64,000 nucleotides of DNA from contig JAYYFR010000006.1 in assembly GCA_036158635.1 (NCBI GenBank), positions 14,281 to 78,280 on the forward strand, read 5' to 3'. The translations under genes were made by a program, and so were the position numbers. The notes below the pieces were generated by a model. It was not told the origin of the DNA and ran no database searches. It saw only the letters and a list, made by a program, of their open reading frames with translations. Below are positions 59,706 to 64,000 of this stretch, in pieces. Each line of letters starts with the position of its first letter. Positions within the stretch are counted from its first letter, which is position 1. This stretch comes from Bacteroidota bacterium. GTDB lineage: Bacteria; Bacteroidota; Bacteroidia; Flavobacteriales; TMED113.

Positions 59706-60705
59706 AGCTAGGATTTAATAAGGACCAAATTTTATCTTTTAATTCAACTAATCCAAAATTAGAAATAGAAGAAATAAAAATAAATGATATTTTATCTCCT
59801 ATTTCATTAGAGATTTTTTTTATGAGTCTTTGATCTCCTATGTCACATTTAGAAATTACCAAAATCCTTTTCTTAATAAGCATATTTTCATCGTAGCTTT
59901 TTAGTTCATTTAAAAGAATCTTATACTTCTTTAATATGTTTTTTTCATTTATAGGAACCATAAATAATAAACATGAATTTCTTTCAATATGCCTAAGAAA
60001 TCTATAACCTAATCCTTTTCCACTACTTGCTCCTTCAATTATACCAGGAATATCAGCCATAATAAAAGAGTTTTCGTCTCTATAATTTACAATTCCTAAA
60101 TTTGGAACTAAAGTAGTAAATTCATAATCTGCTATTTTTGGCTTAGCAGAAGTTAAAACAGAGAGAAGAGTTGACTTGCCTGCATTTGGAAATCCTACTA
60201 AACCTACATCTGCTAATACTTTTAATTCAAAGGAAAAATAACCTTCTTTACCTGATTGACCATTTTGTGAAAATCTTGGAGTTTGTCTAGTTGGGGTTTT
60301 AAAAAACGCATTTCCTTTTCCTCCTCTACCTCCACTTAAAAGAACAAATTCTTGTTTATCGTTTTCAAGTTCAAATAAAATTTTATTGTTATCAATATTT
60401 TTTATGACTGTTCCTAAAGGAACATCAACATATATATCTTTTCCTTGTGCCCCAGTACTTAAACTTTTCCCTCCTCCTGAACCGTGTTCTGAAATAATAT
60501 GTTTTGTGTATTTCAAATGAAGTAGAGTCCATTTGTTTCTATTTGCTCTGACTATAATATGCCCCCCTCTTCCTCCATCTCCCCCATCGGGACCTCCTTT
60601 GGCAGTGATTTTATCTCTTCTTAAGTGAGCTGAACCATTTCCACCATTGCCAGATTTACAAAATATTTTTACATAATCGACAAAATTACTTTTTGAACTT
60701 GGCAT
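59698..60705 (-). CDS. obgE: GTPase ObgE
   Basis: Gly-rich Obg fold GGPDGGDGGRGG, GFPNAGKST, FTTL, DIPG, FLRHIER. Confidence 0.98.
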   Translation of the reverse strand: MPSSKSNFVDYVKIFCKSGNGGNGSAHLRRDKITAKGGPDGGDGGRGGHIIVRANRNKWTLLHLKYTKHIISEHGSGGGKSLSTGAQGKDIYVDVPLGTVIKNIDNNKILFELENDKQEFVLLSGGRGGKGNAFFKTPTRQTPRFSQNGQSGKEGYFSFELKVLADVGLVGFPNAGKSTLLSVLTSAKPKIADYEFTTLVPNLGIVNYRDENSFIMADIPGIIEGASSGKGLGYRFLRHIERNSCLLFMVPINEKNILKKYKILLNELKSYDENMLIKKRILVISKCDIGDQRLIKKISNEIGDKISFIFISSISNFGLVELKDKIWSLLNPSYD

Positions 60706-60714
60706 ATTTATTAA

Positions 60715-61299
60715 CTAATTCTTTAAATTATAAGAATCAATTAAAGAAAATATTTTTTCCTTAACTTCTTGAATCGATGAAGTCCCATCAACACTATAGA
60801 ATTTATTTTGAGTTAAATAATAATCTTTAAGTATCTCTGTCTGTTCCTTATAAATTTCAATTCTATTAGTAATTATTTCTTTGTTCTGGTCATCTTTTCT
60901 ATCACTACTCTCTCCCCTTATCAAAAGTCTTTTTATTAGTTCAGATTCTGGCACTTCAATACATATCATTAGAGAAATTTCTTGATTTAACTTTAAAAGT
61001 AATTGATCAAGAGATTGTGCTTGTTTTATTGTTCTTGGAAAACCGTCAAAAAGAAAACCATTCAAATTATTTACACTCATCATTTCTTCATTAAGCATAC
61101 CAATAGTAACAGAGTCTGGTACTAATTGTCCCTTTTCGATAAAAGATTTTGCCTCTAAACCTAAATTTGTTTCATTTTTAATGTTATCTCTGAAAATATC
61201 CCCTGTTGATAAGTGTTTTAAATTATATTTACTAACCAAAAATTCTGATTGAGTTCCTTTGCCACAACCCGGAGGGCCGAAAATTAAAATATTTAACAT
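60715..61299 (-). CDS. adk: Adenylate kinase (short LID)
   Basis: GPPGCGKGTQ, HLSTGDIFR, DGFPRT, RKDD; start at ATG 61299. Confidence 0.97.
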   Translation of the reverse strand: MLNILIFGPPGCGKGTQSEFLVSKYNLKHLSTGDIFRDNIKNETNLGLEAKSFIEKGQLVPDSVTIGMLNEEMMSVNNLNGFLFDGFPRTIKQAQSLDQLLLKLNQEISLMICIEVPESELIKRLLIRGESSDRKDDQNKEIITNRIEIYKEQTEILKDYYLTQNKFYSVDGTSSIQEVKEKIFSLIDSYNLKN

Positions 61300-61420
61300 A
61301 GCTATAATATAATTTGACACAAGTTAATAATTAAAAAAAATAAAATAATTTATTGTGATAATATATTTTATTCACTTAAAAGTTTATTTTTACTTTCTAA
61401 ATTATATAATCAATACAAAT

Positions 61421-61927
61421 ATGAAAGCAATAGTAAGTATTATAATGGGTAGCACATCAGACTGGCCGGTAATGAAAAAAGCAGCCGATTTTTTTGAATC
61501 AATGGAGATTCCATTTGAAGTCAATGCTTTATCTGCACATAGAACTCCTGAAGAAGTTGAAAAATTTGCTAAAAATTCAGTAGAAAACGGAATTAAAGTT
61601 ATTATTGCTGGAGCAGGTATGGCTGCTCATTTACCTGGTGTTATTGCTGCAATGACTCCTGTCCCTGTTATTGGAGTTCCTATAAAAGCTTCTTTAGATG
61701 GTTTGGATTCTTTACTTGCAATTGTTCAGATGCCCCCTGGAATACCTGTTGCAACTGTTGCTATTAATGGAGCATTAAATGCTGGAATACTAGCTGCACA
61801 AATGCTAGCAACAAATGATAGAGAAATTTTTTCAAAAACTGTCGGGTATAAAAAAGAATTGAAAAACAAAATCGTTAAGGCTAATCAAGATTTAGAAAAA
61901 GAAAAATTCAAATTCAGAGTTTCATAA
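61421..61927 (+). CDS. purE: N5-CAIR mutase / AIR carboxylase PurE
   Basis: IMGSTSD, SAHRTP, AGMAAHLPG, QMPPGIPVATV; start at ATG 61421. Confidence 0.97.
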   Translation: MKAIVSIIMGSTSDWPVMKKAADFFESMEIPFEVNALSAHRTPEEVEKFAKNSVENGIKVIIAGAGMAAHLPGVIAAMTPVPVIGVPIKASLDGLDSLLAIVQMPPGIPVATVAINGALNAGILAAQMLATNDREIFSKTVGYKKELKNKIVKANQDLEKEKFKFRVS

Positions 61928-61931
61928 AAAT

Positions 61932-62495
61932 CTAAATTCCACTTAATTTAATTGCGATTGCTAAAAGAAGAATCCCAAAAACTCTTCTAAGTATCTCTAT
62001 TCCTACAGGGCCTAACAATTTTTCAATAGGAATTAACATTTTCAATACAATATAAATAAATACAACATTTATGATTATACCTAAAAAAATTTCTATAAAA
62101 CTATAGGCTTCAATAGATTTTAAAGACAACAATGTTGTCAAAGTACCTGCACCAGCAATTAAAGGAAAAGCAATGGGAACAACGTCACTTACTTTTTTAG
62201 CTTGTTTAACAGGCTTAAAAAGTTCTATGTTCAAGATCATTTCTATTGCAATTAAAAAAATAACTATTGCTCCTGCTATAGAAAAAGATTTTAAATCTAT
62301 TCCAATTAATTTTAATATCCCTTCTCCTGTAAACAAAAAGATTAACATAATTAAAGTTGAAATCCAAGTGACTCTTATTGCGTTTATTTGACCTGTTTTT
62401 TGCTTTAAACTAATTAGTAAAGGAATATTACCTAATATATCAATTACAGCAAAAAGAGTTAATGTAATAGTTAATAAATCTGTGAATTGAACCAT
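61932..62495 (-). CDS. MarC family membrane protein
   Basis: LFAVIDILGNIP, VPIAFPLIAGAG, RRVFGILLLAIAIK; probable ATG 62495. Confidence 0.9.
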   Translation of the reverse strand: MVQFTDLLTITLTLFAVIDILGNIPLLISLKQKTGQINAIRVTWISTLIMLIFLFTGEGILKLIGIDLKSFSIAGAIVIFLIAIEMILNIELFKPVKQAKKVSDVVPIAFPLIAGAGTLTTLLSLKSIEAYSFIEIFLGIIINVVFIYIVLKMLIPIEKLLGPVGIEILRRVFGILLLAIAIKLSGI

Positions 62496-62510
62496 AACCT
62501 TTATTTTTTG

Positions 62511-62518
62511 CAAATCTA
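62511..62518 (-). promoter_or_regulatory. Possible -7 element (TAGATTTG) for the MarC gene, overlapping the aroA stop codon
   Basis: Exact TAnnTTTG 15 bp upstream of ATG 62495; no -33 seen. Confidence 0.35.
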
Positions 62519-63754
62519 TAAAGATTTGTTATTTGTAATAATTTTTATTCCTATTTTTTTTAAATCACTCCAAAACTGTGGATAAGATTTTGATACCACA
62601 TCATAATTATCTATTTCTATTTTTTTAGTTAGTATAACCAATGGGGAAAATGCTAAAGCAACTCTGTGATCAAAGTAAGTTGATATAGAAGAAAATTTTA
62701 AATCAACTCCCGAAGTATCTAAAAAAAATATATTATCCTTTATTTTTACACTTGCATTAAATTTTAAAAGTTCTTTTTTAATTACTTGTAACCTGTTTGA
62801 CTCCTTGTAATTAAGAGAATTAAAACCTGTTAATTTTAAATTTATTCCAAGACCTAAACATGTTACTACGTATGTCAAAAATAAATCAGGATTATTGCAT
62901 ATATCCCACTCAATTAGTTTTGGCTTAATAAATGAACTGACTTTTGTAATTAAAACTTCTTTTTTTTTAAATGTAGTTTCAACTCCCAATAAACTGAAAA
63001 ACGAAATCAAATTTGAGTCTCCTTGTAAACTTTCTTGATGAAATTTAGAACAAGTAATAGTTGTATTTTTTGAAAAAGAAACTATTTCATATATGTATGA
63101 AATAGATGTCCAATCTGATTCAATATTTAAATATGGTTTTTTATACCTCCCTTCTTTAATTATTATTGAGTTACCAATATTTGATATATTAATACCACAT
63201 TCCCTCATCATTTTTAGCGTCATATCAAAATAAGGCTTTGAAACTAAACTTTGTTTAATTGTTAATTTTAATCCCCCAGGAATAAATGGTGCGATTAAGG
63301 CAATACCTGATGCAAACTGGCTTGTTTTATTTGAGTCAATAATTAAATGTCTGGTTTTAAGCTGCCCACCTTTAATAATAAGAGGGATATTAAAGTCTTT
63401 TTCAATAAATTTAAAATGAACTCCTAGTTTTTTTAAAAAAACTATTAAATCTTTAATCGGCCTCTTTTTTAGTAAAACATTTCCTTTTACATAATATTCA
63501 TTTTCTCTTGTTGATAAAAGACATAATAAAAATCTCAAAGTGGTTCCACCTTCCTTTACATCAATTAATTCATCATTTGAACTTAATATTTTATTCAATG
63601 TTATAGTATCTTTTGAGTTTGATAAATTTTTAATTTTTTCATTAGTAATGAATGAGTTTATGATTAGCGCTCTTTGAGAAATACTTTTTGAACCACAAAT
63701 ATTCAATGTAATTTTTGATTTAAACGAATGAAATTTTAGAGTACAACTATACAT
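62516..63754 (-). CDS. aroA: EPSP synthase
   Basis: GSKSISQR, GTTLRF, RPI, SQFASG, KESNRL, DHRVALAF, VSKSYPQFW. Confidence 0.92.
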   Translation of the reverse strand: MYSCTLKFHSFKSKITLNICGSKSISQRALIINSFITNEKIKNLSNSKDTITLNKILSSNDELIDVKEGGTTLRFLLCLLSTRENEYYVKGNVLLKKRPIKDLIVFLKKLGVHFKFIEKDFNIPLIIKGGQLKTRHLIIDSNKTSQFASGIALIAPFIPGGLKLTIKQSLVSKPYFDMTLKMMRECGINISNIGNSIIIKEGRYKKPYLNIESDWTSISYIYEIVSFSKNTTITCSKFHQESLQGDSNLISFFSLLGVETTFKKKEVLITKVSSFIKPKLIEWDICNNPDLFLTYVVTCLGLGINLKLTGFNSLNYKESNRLQVIKKELLKFNASVKIKDNIFFLDTSGVDLKFSSISTYFDHRVALAFSPLVILTKKIEIDNYDVVSKSYPQFWSDLKKIGIKIITNNKSL

Positions 63755-64000
63755 TTATACTATTAAAATAATTTAGAGATTCTTTAACTTGTTTTTCGCT
63801 TATACAAATATCATAAATAGGATTTCCAATTTTAGATATACTTACTATTTTAATTTCATCATTTTCTTTTTTCTTATCACTTAAGATATATGACAAAATT
63901 TTATTTGTATTGTTAAGTTTGGGAAGAGAAAAATTAAAAAGTAAAGTTTTATAAATTTCTATGAACATTTCATCAGTTAGATGAAATAATTTATTAGTAA
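63747..64000 (-). CDS. aroB: 3-dehydroquinate synthase, C-terminal fragment (gene starts beyond the window)
   Basis: Frame open to the window edge; DKKKENDEIKIVSISKIG resembles the AroB DKK...L..IG C-terminus; adjacent to aroA. Confidence 0.7.
   Translation of the reverse strand, partial: TNKLFHLTDEMFIEIYKTLLFNFSLPKLNNTNKILSYILSDKKKENDEIKIVSISKIGNPIYDICISEKQVKESLNYFNSINV

Noticed and set aside
2176..62391. Many short antisense or alternate-frame ORFs in the track (e.g. 2176-2463, 4105-4563, 8384-8662, 31065-31373, 40536-40838, 62173-62391)
   Set aside because: Wholly or almost wholly nested in well-conserved genes and lacking motifs; shadow ORFs.

Overview
Very AT-rich, densely packed 64 kb of a streamlined Bacteroidota chromosome, most likely a marine Flavobacteriales organism (TAnnTTTG promoters, no Shine-Dalgarno motifs, str operon without tuf, DUF4290/DUF4294 genes). 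It is mostly housekeeping: the full str-S10-spc-alpha ribosomal superoperon (15057-32730), gapA, lipA, eno, citrate synthase, carA, uvrD, murA, grpE-dnaJ, pheT, recG, purL, a beta-oxidation operon, obgE, adk, purE, aroA and partial aroB. I saw no rRNA, tRNA, CRISPR array or transposase. The most unusual items are: (1) a 918-aa fusion of a glutamate--cysteine-ligase-like (GCS2) domain, a CBS pair and an AstE/AspA zinc amidohydrolase, directly behind a phage-like PD-(D/E)XK nuclease; (2) a sigma-54-type -24/-12 promoter plus a perfect ATGACAA-C-TTGTCAT palindrome in front of grpE-dnaJ-ppx and an HTH-less NtrC-like activator; (3) three small genes missing from the ORF track (a 41-aa Cys-rich lipoprotein, zinc-free L36, and a 45-aa membrane hairpin overlapping a PAP2 gene antisense); (4) a 15-bp tandem repeat encoding an acidic tail on L17. 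All family calls come from motif recognition, not database searches.
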